From assembly GCA_001643675.2 (NCBI GenBank), contig LSRY02000008.1:1798001-1862000 (forward strand): a stretch of DNA of 64,000 nucleotides. The letters run 5' to 3'. Below the pieces are notes generated by a model. The model was not told where the DNA came from and searched no databases. It was given only the letters and a program-made list of their open reading frames with translations. This stretch comes from Monocercomonoides exilis PA203 (Eukaryota > Protista > Preaxostyla). Below are positions 48,545 to 62,200 of this stretch, one piece after another (position 1 is the stretch's first letter; each line of letters opens with the position of its first letter). The position numbers and the translations under genes are program-made.

Positions 48545-50011
48545 ATGAATAGGAAGAATTTTCTGAGAGAAAATCACACTTTTCCTCTTTTTTTCCAATT
48601 TTTCTCATCGCCTTCCAAACGCCTTGAATCCTTCTCCAAATTATCATTTTTCAACATTTCAACAGCAAATGATCTATGTTCACCTTCAACCACAATGTCA
48701 ACCCAAACAAATTGTATGATGAGTAGCTGCTCATTTTGGTCTGTTTGTGATACGTATGATGGCGGAATTGTTCATTCCCTCAACAATCCCTATGCCTCTT
48801 TAACTGCCTCAAATACCTCGTTTGTTGGATGTTATCGGACAAGAAATGTTGAATGCAGTGGAACAGCAGAGGTTCCTTTGAAGCCAGACAGACAGAACGA
48901 AACATTCAATGGAGCTAATTCATTCACTTGGTGCGAATGGAATGGATCGAAAACATCAGGAGAAAGTGAGTCTGTTACAGATGGAGTATCAAGCGGAGGA
49001 GCAATTTGCATGTTCAGTCAGTCATCCGCCTCTGTTTCCGTTTCTCACTGCACTTTCAACGACTGCTATGCGTATTATGATGGAGGAGCTATCATGTGCT
49101 ATAATATAAAATCTGTGAAAATTGAAAACAACTATTTCAATTCATGTTCAGCTCAAGTGAATGTTGGGGGAGCCATGTGCATCGTCACGATTTCATCGTG
49201 TATTCGGATCAGTGGATGTGAATTCCAGAATTGTAAAGCGGCTTATAATGGAGGAGGGCTTTATCTTGAAAATTTTCAGGTTTCAGGAGCTGATTGCATT
49301 GGAACAGAAAGTGGAGGAGGAGAGAGTGCGTGTGTGTTTGACTGCAGTTTCACTTCATGTTCTGTGACAAATTATTATGGTGGAGGTATGCGTTGTTACA
49401 ATGTTCCTAATCAATTCAAAATGAGGAGCATTCAATTTATCTCATGCTCAGCACGGCAAGAGGGCGGAGGATTATTATTGCAGCCAAATCGAGAAACAAC
49501 ACAAAATGATGGGTTCTATTGTTATTTTTTGTTCTTCCATGAATGCAGCTGCAGGGATGCAGCCAATCCACGTGGGCATGACGTTGAGTACGTCGATACG
49601 TACAATCTGTATTTGGAATCAGGAAATCCATTTTATGAATGTTACACCACAAACACAAACGATAAGAGGATCTGCTTTGCATACAATTATGCAAATGCAA
49701 GCGCTTGGTCATATGATCAAACATCAAAAAAGGATTGGCTGAAGAGAGGGATTCTCAACCGATTTGTGGCAGTGAGCGGTGGTGGTGAAGATGATCTGTG
49801 TGGACTGGATGAGTCAAGTGCATGCCGAACCATTGGTGTTGCAGTTGATAAGAGCAAGATCCAGGTGAGTCTGTCTGTTACGCTGATGGAAGGGAATCAC
49901 ACAAGCGAGACAACAACTATTGCGATTGGGGAAAAGAAGATTTCTGTTATTGGAACAGGAAAGGATTCATCATCTTTGGAAATATCGGACTCGCAATGGC
50001 AACATCATTGA
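48545..50011 (+). CDS. Cassette K: highly mosaic
   Basis: 488 aa ORF; tracts matching G, F, A, E and C. Confidence 0.8.
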   Translation: MNRKNFLRENHTFPLFFQFFSSPSKRLESFSKLSFFNISTANDLCSPSTTMSTQTNCMMSSCSFWSVCDTYDGGIVHSLNNPYASLTASNTSFVGCYRTRNVECSGTAEVPLKPDRQNETFNGANSFTWCEWNGSKTSGESESVTDGVSSGGAICMFSQSSASVSVSHCTFNDCYAYYDGGAIMCYNIKSVKIENNYFNSCSAQVNVGGAMCIVTISSCIRISGCEFQNCKAAYNGGGLYLENFQVSGADCIGTESGGGESACVFDCSFTSCSVTNYYGGGMRCYNVPNQFKMRSIQFISCSARQEGGGLLLQPNRETTQNDGFYCYFLFFHECSCRDAANPRGHDVEYVDTYNLYLESGNPFYECYTTNTNDKRICFAYNYANASAWSYDQTSKKDWLKRGILNRFVAVSGGGEDDLCGLDESSACRTIGVAVDKSKIQVSLSVTLMEGNHTSETTTIAIGEKKISVIGTGKDSSSLEISDSQWQHH

Positions 50012-51289
50012 GATTATGTTTATTATTAGAGCACTTTTAATTTCCAGCGCAAAATTATGAACAAAACATTTCAAGGCAATGGCCATGTGGATCTGCATTC
50101 TGTGTTTTGGAAGATGTTGAGCACCTGAGCCAGGAAAGCACAGAATGAATGATCGTTTTTGTTTCTTGAAGTGCTGAATGGTGATGGGCAGAAGAGTGCT
50201 TTCCACTTAGATCTGAGCAATTGGCTGCCATGTTAATGCTGCTGAGACGTATTGACAGGCAAAAGGGGTTGGAAGCATATGAAGCGGAAGATGGCAGGTT
50301 AAAGGTGCCTTTGAGGTGTTTGCATGAACGGTGATAAACAAATGAAGTGAGCCTTGGGGTTTGTTTGTTATTGGATGGAGAAATGTGTTGTTGTGAGAGA
50401 ATAAGAGTGAAGCAGCGTTTGATTTGTTCATTAATTTTTGAAGAGTTTTCCTTTTATTAGTTTTTCAATTTTTGCAAAAATCAAATGAATTGCCATTTTT
50501 GAGATATTTTGTGCTTATTATTCTTTTTCTTGAGTAGTTCTGATGATAAATAAGTGTGCAAAAATTAAAATTGACGAGATAAAATGTTTTAGGGATAATA
50601 TGAATTGGGTATTGGATATGGACAAGGAAATGGAGCATTTCAAACATTTTCATTGAAAAAGTATCTGTGAAAAAGAATGAGAAAGAATTATTGCAATGAA
50701 CCCAAAATGGAGCCAAGAACAGAAAATATCGAGAAACAGACAAACAGTTGTTTTGGAATAATTCTTTATTCCAATTGTTCAGAGAGGATCAAGTCAAATG
50801 TGAAATTGAATTTTGTATCAAACTCGAGAAACAATTTCAAATCATCCAAAAGAGTCAGTTTTGATATGTGACGGTTATGAAACACATAAAAAGTGACTTT
50901 ATTTTTTTCTCTATTATTATTTTTAAAACGACGATTTTCTTTTTCATTTCCTTAATTTTTTGATTGTTTCTGAGGATTGTCAAAATGGTTCGAAGAGATG
51001 ATGAAAAGAAGAAAAACAAAAAAAGAAAACTTGAGCAAATGATTCAATCAATTCAGATTAAAAATACAACAGGAATTAAATAATTTGAAACAGGGGTTTT
51101 CAACCTTGTTGGCTGAATCGTGATTCAATTATCTTCCAAGTCACTTTCTTTTGGAAAACACAATAATCTTCAAATATTTAAAGAAAATAAAACTTAGTGG
51201 TTCGTTTTCACATCGTTCTATTTCTTTCAAGAAATTTTTATTAATGCATTATTTTCATTGAAAACAAATAGATATGAAAAATAATGAAA

Positions 51290-52590
51290 CAATCTGGGGG
51301 AAAAAATGAACTTCCAAGCATTTTTTGCACAAATGACAAAATTATGGTTTCACTCATAACTTTGGTAAACTCTCTCAGATTTCAAAATAAATTCGATTTT
51401 CATATTTGTTCACAAACATCATTAACATAATTACAAAATGTTTTGTGACCTCACATGTATTTCAAATAATAAACCCATATTACTGATTATTTCTGTTCAC
51501 GAAAAGTCAAGAAAATGTGCACTATTTTCCAATGAAAATGCATAAAGTCAAATATTTTTCCCCAAATCAAGAATTGAAGTTAGACAAAAGTGAATTTTTA
51601 AATCAAATTACATTATTTTTTCCAACAATTTCATGAAAATTACTATTAAACATGAAATATTTGGTTTTTTTCAAAAAAACTTCATCATATTGCATCATCC
51701 CAAACGTTATTTTTATTTAATCAGAACATCATTTCAACTGGATGAGCCAATTGACTTCAACTTAACTTGAAAATACAAGACAGTGAAATTAATCATTATA
51801 AGAAAAATCAAAGTCAATGATTTTCATTGGTATAAATGAAAACATTATCATTTGGGTGATTATTTTTCATATCAAATTTTTCAACCAAAAAATTCGATTT
51901 GAAAATTTATTTTTCATTATTTTTAAGATGAACACTGAAAAGTGATAATTCAAATATCAGATATATTTGTGTTTCTAAAATGGGACAAAATATTTGACAT
52001 CAGACATTTTCATTGAAAAATTATACATCTAAGATGATCATTTTGTGATCAAAACAAATGGAAAAAATGTGTTTATTTTTTGAAATACATGTGATGTCAC
52101 ACAACAAAATGTTATTATTTCAATGATGTTTGTTTTCAGATATAAAATCAAATTTATTATGAAATCAGATAAAGTTTAATTATGTGATAAGTGAAACTAT
52201 ATTTTCATGCTTTGCGCAGAAAAAGCTTGAAAGCCCATATTTAACCCCAAATATTGAACATTGAATTTTTTAAGCAATTGTGACAACTGAAACGTTCACA
52301 TGAAAAACTTTTTTTCAATAACAAAAAAATATGGATGATAATTTTCAAAGTCACAGATTTTCAATCGAACTTTTCGTTTAAAAAGTCTCTAAGAATATAT
52401 GCATATGAATGCTTTTAGTTTTAAACACAATTTTCAAATAGTTTTGTTGTGCATTTATTTCAAGCATAGGTTTTTGAAACAATTATTATTCATTTTTTAT
52501 TAGAATTGAATACTTCTTGATAAAGACCAAAACCATCTGAAAAATTTGGACCCCGCAAAAAAAGTTGTGATTTCAAAAATATTCACATTT
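51290..52590. mobile_element. Nest of degenerate MITE-like elements
   Basis: 51290-51480 and ~52065-52250 are diverged inverted copies beginning with a TIR-like ATGkGTTTATTwTTTGAAATACAT; further TIR-like ends at ~51852 and ~52570-52587. Confidence 0.5.
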
Positions 52591-52915
52591 ATTCAGCGAA
52601 TAATGAAAAATTATTATCCTTTTCCAAAAAACAACAATTTTGGAAATTAAAAAGTCAACACGAAAAATTCAAAACATATGAGTATCACACATTTCTTGGA
52701 TAAAAAATTAAATAAATCAAGATTATTGAATGTTAATGTTATCCTTTTAAAAAAAGTCACAAATGTTAAATTTTCAAAGAAAACAAAATTTCCATGTTTT
52801 GATCAAATTCTTGTTCATGCTCACGAAACTGCACTAAAATGAAAGTTATTTCTTGATTGCCTAATGAAATTCATTATTGTGAATAGTTGCGAGCCGGAAC
52901 AGAAATTTGATCAAG

Positions 52916-53181
52916 ATATGGGTGATTATTTTTGAAATCATATTCTTTCATTTTTTAAAAAATTCAGTTCGTAATTAAGTGAAGAATATTTGTGATAAAA
53001 CACCAATAAATTATCGCACTATTTGTAGTATTTATTTCTCACTTTCATTTAAAAAATCGGTTTTTTCAAACAATCAAAATGGATGAACCATTTTCGTGAA
53101 ACGCTTCTGATCAAACAATTTAAACAATTGAAAAATTAACAAACCGAAAAAAGTTATGATTTCAAAAATAATCACCCATAT
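52916..53181. mobile_element. MITE with perfect 27-bp terminal inverted repeats
   Basis: ATATGGGTGATTATTTTTGAAATCATA ... TATGATTTCAAAAATAATCACCCATAT; TA at both ends; 266 bp, non-coding. Confidence 0.85.
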
Positions 53182-56100
53182 GGAAATTTTTTTGTTATAT
53201 TAAGAATTTAACATCTAAGACAAAATTCTTGCATTTATGAAAAAAATAAAAATTTGTTCCAAACTTTTTCTGAAAGAGCATCAAGAAATAATCTTTTTTT
53301 CTCTGTCAAAAAATATGCAAAATGAAAAAATTGAGTAAAATATACGAAAATATTGTGTGGAACAAAATTCATAAAGAATAAAATTTTGTTCTGTATGGGA
53401 CTTTTCAAAAAGAAAGACACACATATTTTTAAAGAAACAAAGTTCAAATTGAACCAACATAAAACAAAAAATGTCTAAAAAGAACACTTTTTCGCTTCCT
53501 GAAGAAATTGAAAACAAGTTTAAATTGTTTTTCAAATTAACATATTCAAAGATATTTAAATGATTTGCAAAATTTTGATGAGACACTTATTTAAAAATCG
53601 ATCATTATGCAGTTTGCAATACCACCAATAAAAACATAAGTTGTGAGTTCTGGAAGTGACATCTGTTGGCGCCTTAACTTGCACATCTTTCTCGATGCAT
53701 AAGTGATACATTCCATTTTTCCATCATCTTTGCCCGCACATTTTCTGGTAATGTTTGTTTATTGGATGAGATTTATCGAAATGTTTGCTTGCCTTTTTTC
53801 ATTTTTTGGAATGGCTGTTCTTGACTATTTCGTGAATTGCCTTTGATGTGTGCTTTCATAAATGTCTGTTATTTTGCCCATCCTCAGCGCATTAAGGCTT
53901 GGCGAATCGTTGTTTTGCCAAATTGTTGAGTTACGAGCCTGATAGCCCGGGGTATTGTTTATGCAGCAACCAAAGTGCATTTACTGAATTGCATTAGGCG
54001 AGTGGGCGGGGTTGCGATAAGTACTGGCTTGCATAATGTGGGAGAAGGAGTGGAAAGAGAGATATTGGGGTGTCTTGTGGACAAAAGTGGCCGAGAAGGG
54101 AGAAGAGAGGAAAATAGGTGCATTTGAAATTGGATTGCGAAAAGCGAATATCGAATGGTGAGAAGGTGGTGAAAGAGAGTCATTCAGCGAAGATGCATGA
54201 GTCAGTTATTGAAACATTTCAGCGGAATTTGCTGCTCGATTGAGGTCAGTGTTTGGAGAATTGAAGGTGAATGGAATGGCATTTCTTTTTTGGGGGGAAG
54301 TGAATGGGGTGAGTGAAAGATGAGACGCAATATGCGTTCGAGTGGAGAAAAGAGGAGAGAAAGGCGATTGGAGCACACTCACATTATGGACTGATTTTTT
54401 CGTTTTCTGCTCATTTGGTTCAGGTGACATCAAGACGAATGTGCACTTCGACTATTTTCAACAACAACATTATCATCATCATTATCTTTTTTTTCCTTTT
54501 TCTTCTTCTTTAAATTCTTTTTCTTTATCAATTAATTCAATGAATAATTCCGTTGATTTGATATCAGAAGGAACAAAGGGGAAGATTTTCAAATACAACA
54601 TCATAAATAGAGTGTGAAAGAGCATTCCAGAAGAGATTATGTGGATTAAGGAAGAAGAAGAAGAAGAAGAAATTCTTTGCAAAAACACAAAATTTGTTAA
54701 AGAAAATGAAGTGTAATTTTAAAAAAAAAAAAATAAAAATAAAAAAAAAAATTCCTCTTTCGCACTTCTTTTGAGAATTGCGGAATTTTTCTGTGAAAGC
54801 AAAGAAGAGAGGAAACATAATAATAATAAGAAGAAGAAAATAAGATGATGATGAAATAGAAGAGGAGGAAGAAGAAGAAGAAAGAGGAAGAAGAGGAAGA
54901 ATAAAGAAGGATTGACAAAGTGTCATTTGCAGTTTTGAGATGTGTGAAAAGCAAGTTGATGAAGTGGAACTTTGTGAATTGTCTTATTGTTATGGCTTTT
55001 ATTTTTTATTATTTTTGGCAATTGGTTTTCATCTTTTTCTTTGTGCAGCGTTATCAGACAAAAGAATTCGAATAAAAAATAATTATATAGATTTGCAATC
55101 ATTTTTAAAAAAATGACAACAAAAAGCAAAAGATTGTTTATTTGACAAATGTCCTGAAACGAAGTCATATTTTTTGTTGTGTGTTTTTGGAATATCACAA
55201 GAACTGACGGTTCAGCAAAAACAACATTTGGATAAAAAGAAATCAATGAATAAGAAAGAAGTTCCCGAATTGGTCATTGATGTGACAATCGTGAATGTCC
55301 AAGTTTGGTGTGTTCTCTTTCTTTTTGTTGAACCCTTTTTTGTCAGATGATGATGACGATGATGATTGTTTTTATCTTTCCTTCAAAAGAGAAACTTGGG
55401 AGATGGCTGTTCGTTTGAGCCATGCTGAACAAACAATGATTTTTCATCTCGTCCAGCACATCCTCTGCTTCATCATCCTTTTGCCTCAAAAACTGATTGA
55501 TAAAATCAGAATCAAGCTCTTGAGTTGAGTGTTTGCTGGCAATAAAAAGCAGTTTAAAAATTCGAAATGTGACAATAAATGACTGAAAATGTTTCAAATA
55601 TATCATTGCGCCATGCAGCCCAATGATACAGCAAAGAAGAAAAGCAAGCAAATAAGTTGTGATGAGGTGACAGAAATATTCAAAAAAGAAAAGAAAAAAG
55701 TTGAGATGTCAAAATATTCAAGGTCAAGAAGAAAATTGAACAAAAACATTACAGCTGGATAAAACTTTTTCTGAAAAAAAAACGTAACAGGTGAAATGAT
55801 TCCTTCTATTCTTCCGGTTGGAAAAAGATGCAAATGAAGTTATTTGAGGGAAATACAATAAATAAAATAATCGAATTGAATTGAATTGAAAAATGAATAT
55901 AAAAGATTTTGAGAAAGGATATGGTACAATTGCAACGGCAACAATATGCACGTTATCAAATTGACAAAGTTATTTCAACTCTTCTCTTTCAGAACATGCA
56001 GCAAAAAGTTTGACTGGAAGGGTCTTTCATTTCACAATTGAACGAATTTTCAAGGAGCAAAACAGTTCCATCAGCTCTTCAATTGGTTGAAATTTCTTTC

Positions 56101-56207
56101 ATATTATTATTCTTTCTGATTTCTGAGCTTCATTCTCCCCTCCCTCACATCCTCCTTCGTTTTCTGAAGCAACCACAACTATATTATCTGCTCTGCTCAA
56201 CAGCCTT

Positions 56208-59200
56208 CTATCCCGCATCAAGCAATCCCATTTCAACAATATCCCAAACAATTTCTGATTTATCTTTTCTTTTCTGATTTCTCTTTTTCTTTTTCTTCCT
56301 CCTCTTCTGTTTCTCTTCACCTTTCGAACTTTCCTCACCATTCGTATATTTACCAACATCTGTCAATTTCCCCTCCTCTTCAAACCCTTTACCCTCTTTC
56401 ATCATTTCTTCTCCCTCGGTTTCTTTAGTGACCCTCCTTCTTTTTTCTGGAGCTCTTCCAATATCTTTTATGGCATTTTCCTCCTTCTCTCTTTCTTCTT
56501 CCATCATCCTCTTCATCCCTTGCTCTTCTGAATCCTCTCCAACCATCGAAAAATGGCTGTTTGGTGCTGAACATATCCCAATATAATATTCTGTCGGCTT
56601 TCCATTTCTTCCATCATCTGCAGCTGCAACCCCACCCAACTCCTCCAATCCAATCTCGGGTCCTCCCCTCTCATCCCCAATTTCATCAACCTCTTCCACT
56701 TTCTTCCATTTCTTCCCCTTCCTTCTCTTCCCCCTTTTCGCTTTTCTATCTCTTTTTCGCACATTCTCATCTTCCTTTCTTCTTGCATCAGTCTCTGTTC
56801 CTTCTTCCCCTCCACCGCCAAGAAGCGAAGCAACTGTTTGTATTTCAACATAATTCAATGGCACCACCTCGATCACTCCCTTGCAATCAAATCCACTCTC
56901 CACCATTTCTTTGTTCTCACACACCTTCAGCTCCTCACCTTTCTCTGTTGGCACTCCCATCACATTTCCCGTTTCTCTTGCCAATAATGTTTGCATCTCC
57001 CTCTCTTCTTCCTCAACTCTTTCTGCAACATCTTCTTTTCTCCATTCCCCTCTCCCAATATTCTTTGATTCTTCAATATCTCCATCTTCAACTCTCCGTC
57101 CTCCTCCATTCTGCTTCTTTCTCAGTTGCACAACAACCACAACAATCACAAATAACAGAATCACAATAATAACAATGCACCCAATAAATGCAATCAAACT
57201 CCATTCAATTTGTTCCTCTCCTTTTGATATTATTTCATCTCCTTTTGGTTCAGTTTCACTTTTGTTCTTCAGAATGAATGAATCTGTTGATGAAGGAGAT
57301 TCTGCATTTCCAAATAAAATATGCACACTCACTTCTGTTTCATCTTCATAACTGATGATAATATCTTTCGCAACTCTCCCTTCGACTTCTCTTTCTGATA
57401 AAAACCCATTAGAATCAAAATCATGTTTTTCAATCTCTTTCTCTTCTCCAAGACTCTTCACAACTGAGAATGACAGATTGCATGGAATAAGAAGCATTCC
57501 TTTGAACGTCAGCTTCATTCTATCTGTTGATTCTTTTGCTTCCACACTCTCCAGAACAGGAATGAAGAATGATGAATCTCTCTCTGAAGCAATCCCTTCA
57601 AAATTGCACCCTTCATTCAACATCCAAAGTGATGAATTTGGCAAAACTCCATCTCCTCCTTTCAAACTCATCACATTCAATGTTCCTGAATTTGAACAGA
57701 CGATATTCCTTCTCAGTGATGGATATCCTTCAATTGATGGATTGTTATTCAAAAATTCTCCTTTTTCAATTATCACATTTCCTCCACTCATTGTTATTCC
57801 TCCTTTTGGTGTATTTGATATTGTTGAAACTTTCATCACCACAGAACTCTTCACAACATCAACAAGAGATCCATCCCATCTGCACATCTCTTCTTCTGTA
57901 TTTGAATTCTTTTCATTTCTTTCCTTTGAACTCCCATCAAAAATACAACTGTCCATTTTCACATCTGTGCAATTCTCCATTTTCATCAATTTCCCTTTTG
58001 TGGTCTTTGAACTGACTCCACCCATTGTGCAATTTGCCAATTGCATCGTCTTTTTTATTGACAAGCAAGATATCAATGATTCTTCATTTCCTTCAACTGT
58101 GATATTTTCTGAATGAAACTTTTCCATTTTTAATTGTTCACATTCATTAATTTCAACAAGCGAATGAGAAACTGTTGAATTGAAAATCGTTAATGAATCA
58201 ATAACTGATGGAAGAGAAGATGAAAGATATAATGCAGATTTTTGAAGAATGAGATATGATATTGTGCATCCATCAAGTTGTAATTCTCCTTTTGTCATCT
58301 GAATGATGTGAAATGGAATGTTTGCAAAATCAGCATTAACTCCTTCCTTCAGTTGTTTTGAAGTGAACGAACAATCCATCACTTCAAGAATTCCTCCTTC
58401 TGGCGAGATCAGTGATTCGTGAGAAGAGATGAAATTCGAATCAAACACAAAGTTCACTTTCAATAATGAAACTTCTCCTGTTGTTGTGATCAATGTCTCT
58501 CTTGTTTTTTCAATTCCTGATTTCACTTCAACTTTGCACATCTCTCTGCTCTTCGAACTCAAACTCATTTCCTTCAAATCTAATTCTCCTTCAATCACGC
58601 TCTCTTTAGCAACGAACATCTGACTAATGAAATCAGAAGTCATATGCACCAGCCCATGATCAATCGAATCACATGGTAATGTGTTTGTTCCACATTGTCT
58701 GCCATTCGAACCATCAACACTGCTCACAACAATTGTGTCACTCTGATGAATCGTAATAAATCCAATCAGATTTGTATCATCTTTGTGTTCACAACTATCA
58801 ATTCCATAGATTGCATTAATTCGTGAGTAATGATTCTCACGAAGATCAAACTGAAATTGGCTTTCATTGATCTGCGATGTGATGTTGAAACATTCAATAT
58901 AAATGTCATTCCCCACTTTTGCTGTGTTTGAACTGAATTTCATTCCCACAAATGTGAAATTCAATTCTCCTCTTTCCTTTGTTGCCAGATACACCCCTCC
59001 TCCTTTCCCATTGGTGCAGCTGCAACGGCTGATTGTTGAATCAACCATCTTCATCGATCCAGATGCACCCAATGTGAAGAATATTGCCCCTCCTTTTTCA
59101 CTTGATTCTGCTTTGTCTTCTGTGATGTTGCTCTCATTCACAACCAAACAAATCTTTTTCTCACTCTTTGATTCCAAAATGCTTGCTCCATTGTCAGTTC

Positions 59201-62200
59201 TCTTCACTCCTGAAAATGATGATTTCTCAATCTTTATATTTGCTCCTTCTTTAATTTCTCCATTTATCCTTAATCCTTGTTCAGATTTCTTGATTGATAA
59301 AATGCATCCTCTGCTTTCATTTAACGACTCCACTCGAACATTCTTCAACTGGCAAGAAATTCCAACATCATGAATGACAAAAATACTGTTTCCAATATAG
59401 CATGATTCCATTGACAAATCATTCACTTCCACACTGCCCGCAATCACATCCACAAATACACAATCAAATCCATTGTTCGCTCCTGCCTCTGAATGGAATG
59501 AACTTTCACTTATCACCAATTCTCCATTTTTGTTGGAAATAATCGTTTTGGCTGAGTTCTCAAATCCAGATGTAAGTTGCAGTTGGATATTTATCAATTC
59601 AAAATGCTCATCATTTTCCATGATATATTCCAGTTGACTTCCAATTGCCTTTTCAAAATTCAATATTGCTTTTGTATCTTCCTCTCCCATCTTCACACCC
59701 TTTTTGATCTGATAATTGGAAACATTGAATGAATCTCGAATAATTGTTGATCCTTTAATCTGAATTGTTTTCATTCCACTTTCCTTTTTCATGTTTTCCA
59801 TCCCTTTCCACATTGTGAAGCATGGCTCTTCCTCACTTCCACAACGCGCCACATCAAATCCTTCTGATGAGATAAATATCTCAAATGAGCTGTATGGAAT
59901 CAGAAACACGAATAAATCCTTGTTTGAATGAAAGTTGTCACTTCCCACAAACAAATTACCATCATTTGTCATTGATGAATAATCGAAGGCAAATGTCTCA
60001 TTTGTCACGGTCTTGTTCAGATCAGATGCAAAAATGAATGCATTCTTTCCAATGGCTGCATTGTTATTCTTAAAAGTTACGTCAGCATCAAAAACAAATG
60101 GCTTCTCATTCAAACAATTTTGGCAATCCAAATACAAAAACCCTCCTTTTCCATTGCCTGATGAAAGTGAACACGATGATGCATTTGTTGATTTCATCAC
60201 CAATTCTTCTTCATTTTTTAATGTAACTTTTGCAACGCCTCCTTCTTCACCACTTCCAGTGTTCCTAATGTTTGAAAGGCTGCTGTTTTCAAATAAAACA
60301 GAAGAAGCCATCACCAATGGAGATTTGGAAAATGAGCAATCTGTCAAACTGCATCCCTTCAATGTGCAACTTCCAGTGGTTGTTGTTATCAACGAGTATG
60401 GAATGGTCGTTGATGATTGGATGTCAAACAAACAGTTTTCGAGTTGAAGAACCCCACTCGATGAGATCAGAGAATTCATATTTGGCTCAAATTGACTTGG
60501 AATCTGCAGCTTCAAAGATAACAAGCTGAGTGAGGCAGTTGACGTAATAACAGATGAAGATGATGATGCAGAATTCCCTTTGATTGTCCCTTCAAAATGA
60601 ACAGGCTTGTGTTGAACTTCATCTCCTTCATTCACACACCCATCAATCGCAAGTGCATCTGTGAAAGAATAAATATCTTCAATTGTCCCTTCATCCCTCA
60701 CTTTCACTTTCCTTTCTCCTTCCGCTCCACTTCTGTCAATGTGGCTTATTCCACTCCACATTGATTCACATGGATATCCATCGCTCCCACATCCCAATGT
60801 GTCATACCCCTCCTTCGACACACACACCTCCATTCCCTTCATTTCAACAAGAAACAGCCCAAGATCAACACTCTCTGCAAAATGCTCTCTGTCAATCCCT
60901 TTCATATCAACTGCCTGACCTTCTCCTTCTCCTTCTCCATTTTCATATTTGTATTCAAATCCAAACCTCTCCTTCGTCACTGTTTCATTCAGTTTCTTGC
61001 AAGAAATGAACAAATCCCTTCCCTCGGCAGCAACATTGCCTTCGAATGTCAATGTTGTCAACGCAAAGTTATTCACACAATTGTCACTCAAATCCAGATA
61101 TATTCCTCCTCCTCTTCCTCCATTTCCATTCGCCGAGCATCTCAATATGGATGATGATCCCATTTCAAGCAAATCATTCAGGTCCATCTCGCTCTTCACA
61201 CACCCTCCACTCACGCTTTCTGTCTCAATATTCTCAAATCTGCTTTCTCCATCAACCATCAAACTCGATCCTCCATTCGACGTTATCAGCGATCCTGCTC
61301 CCACAACACACCCCAATGCTGTCATGTTCCTCAATGTCACTTCCGATCCACCATTCCCCACTACCATTCCTCCTCCACTGGTCTCAATCCCACTCAATGA
61401 ACAGTTCTCAAATATCACATTCCCTCCTCCAAATCTTGCAATTCCACATTCTTCAAATCTTATCCCATTCATTTCTGTTCTCTCTATTCGAATAACTCCT
61501 CCATTCCCAATCACTATCCACTTCCCACACTCATTCACATTTGAATTCCCTTCTCCTCCTGAAAACAAACAATCTAAAATGAAACATTCCCCAATCCTCG
61601 CTTCCACAATCGATTCGTCACCACTTGCACTTGCAGAGGAGGAACATGGAAGCAAAATCTGAAGAAGTGACAAAGTCAAATGTGTTTGTCCATCTCCTTC
61701 TGTCAATTCAAATTTCCCTCCCTCTTCAACAACCAGCTGTTTCTTTTCTTTATTCCCTTCGATTGTCAGTCCTTTCCCACCTCTGTTGATAGTCTTGCTC
61801 ACTGAAGCAGCACCAACAAGCATAATCCTCTCTATCTCATCGTTCAATCGATCAAACCCAATATCAACAGAAAAGCAAGGTTTGACTTTCGCTCCACAAC
61901 TTGATAATTCGTTTCCAGAATTGCTCACAAACAAATCCGTTCCCAATCTTGGAAACAGATAATTGATCAGTGAGTCTTCTTTTCTTGGTTCAGATGACTC
62001 AAGCACCCACATCTTATTTTCTGCTGTGACTCTTGTGGCTGTCCCTTCCCACAACGCTGGAAGAAGCATCGTCCATGGTGATCCGCACACCAAATACACA
62101 TCTTCTCCTTTTTCTGCAACATTGTTCGCAAAATCATCATTCTTCATAGAGTATTCAATATTCGTTGTTTCAAATGTCAGATGCAACCCTCCTCCTTTTC

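Noticed and set aside
4521-50011. Diversity-generating retroelement as the source of variation
   Set aside because: No reverse transcriptase seen; differences are not adenine-restricted (e.g. TGG versus TTT) and come as multi-donor tracts.
53900-55950. Exon-like purine-rich fragments of possible decayed genes
   Set aside because: No sustained frame or recognisable family.
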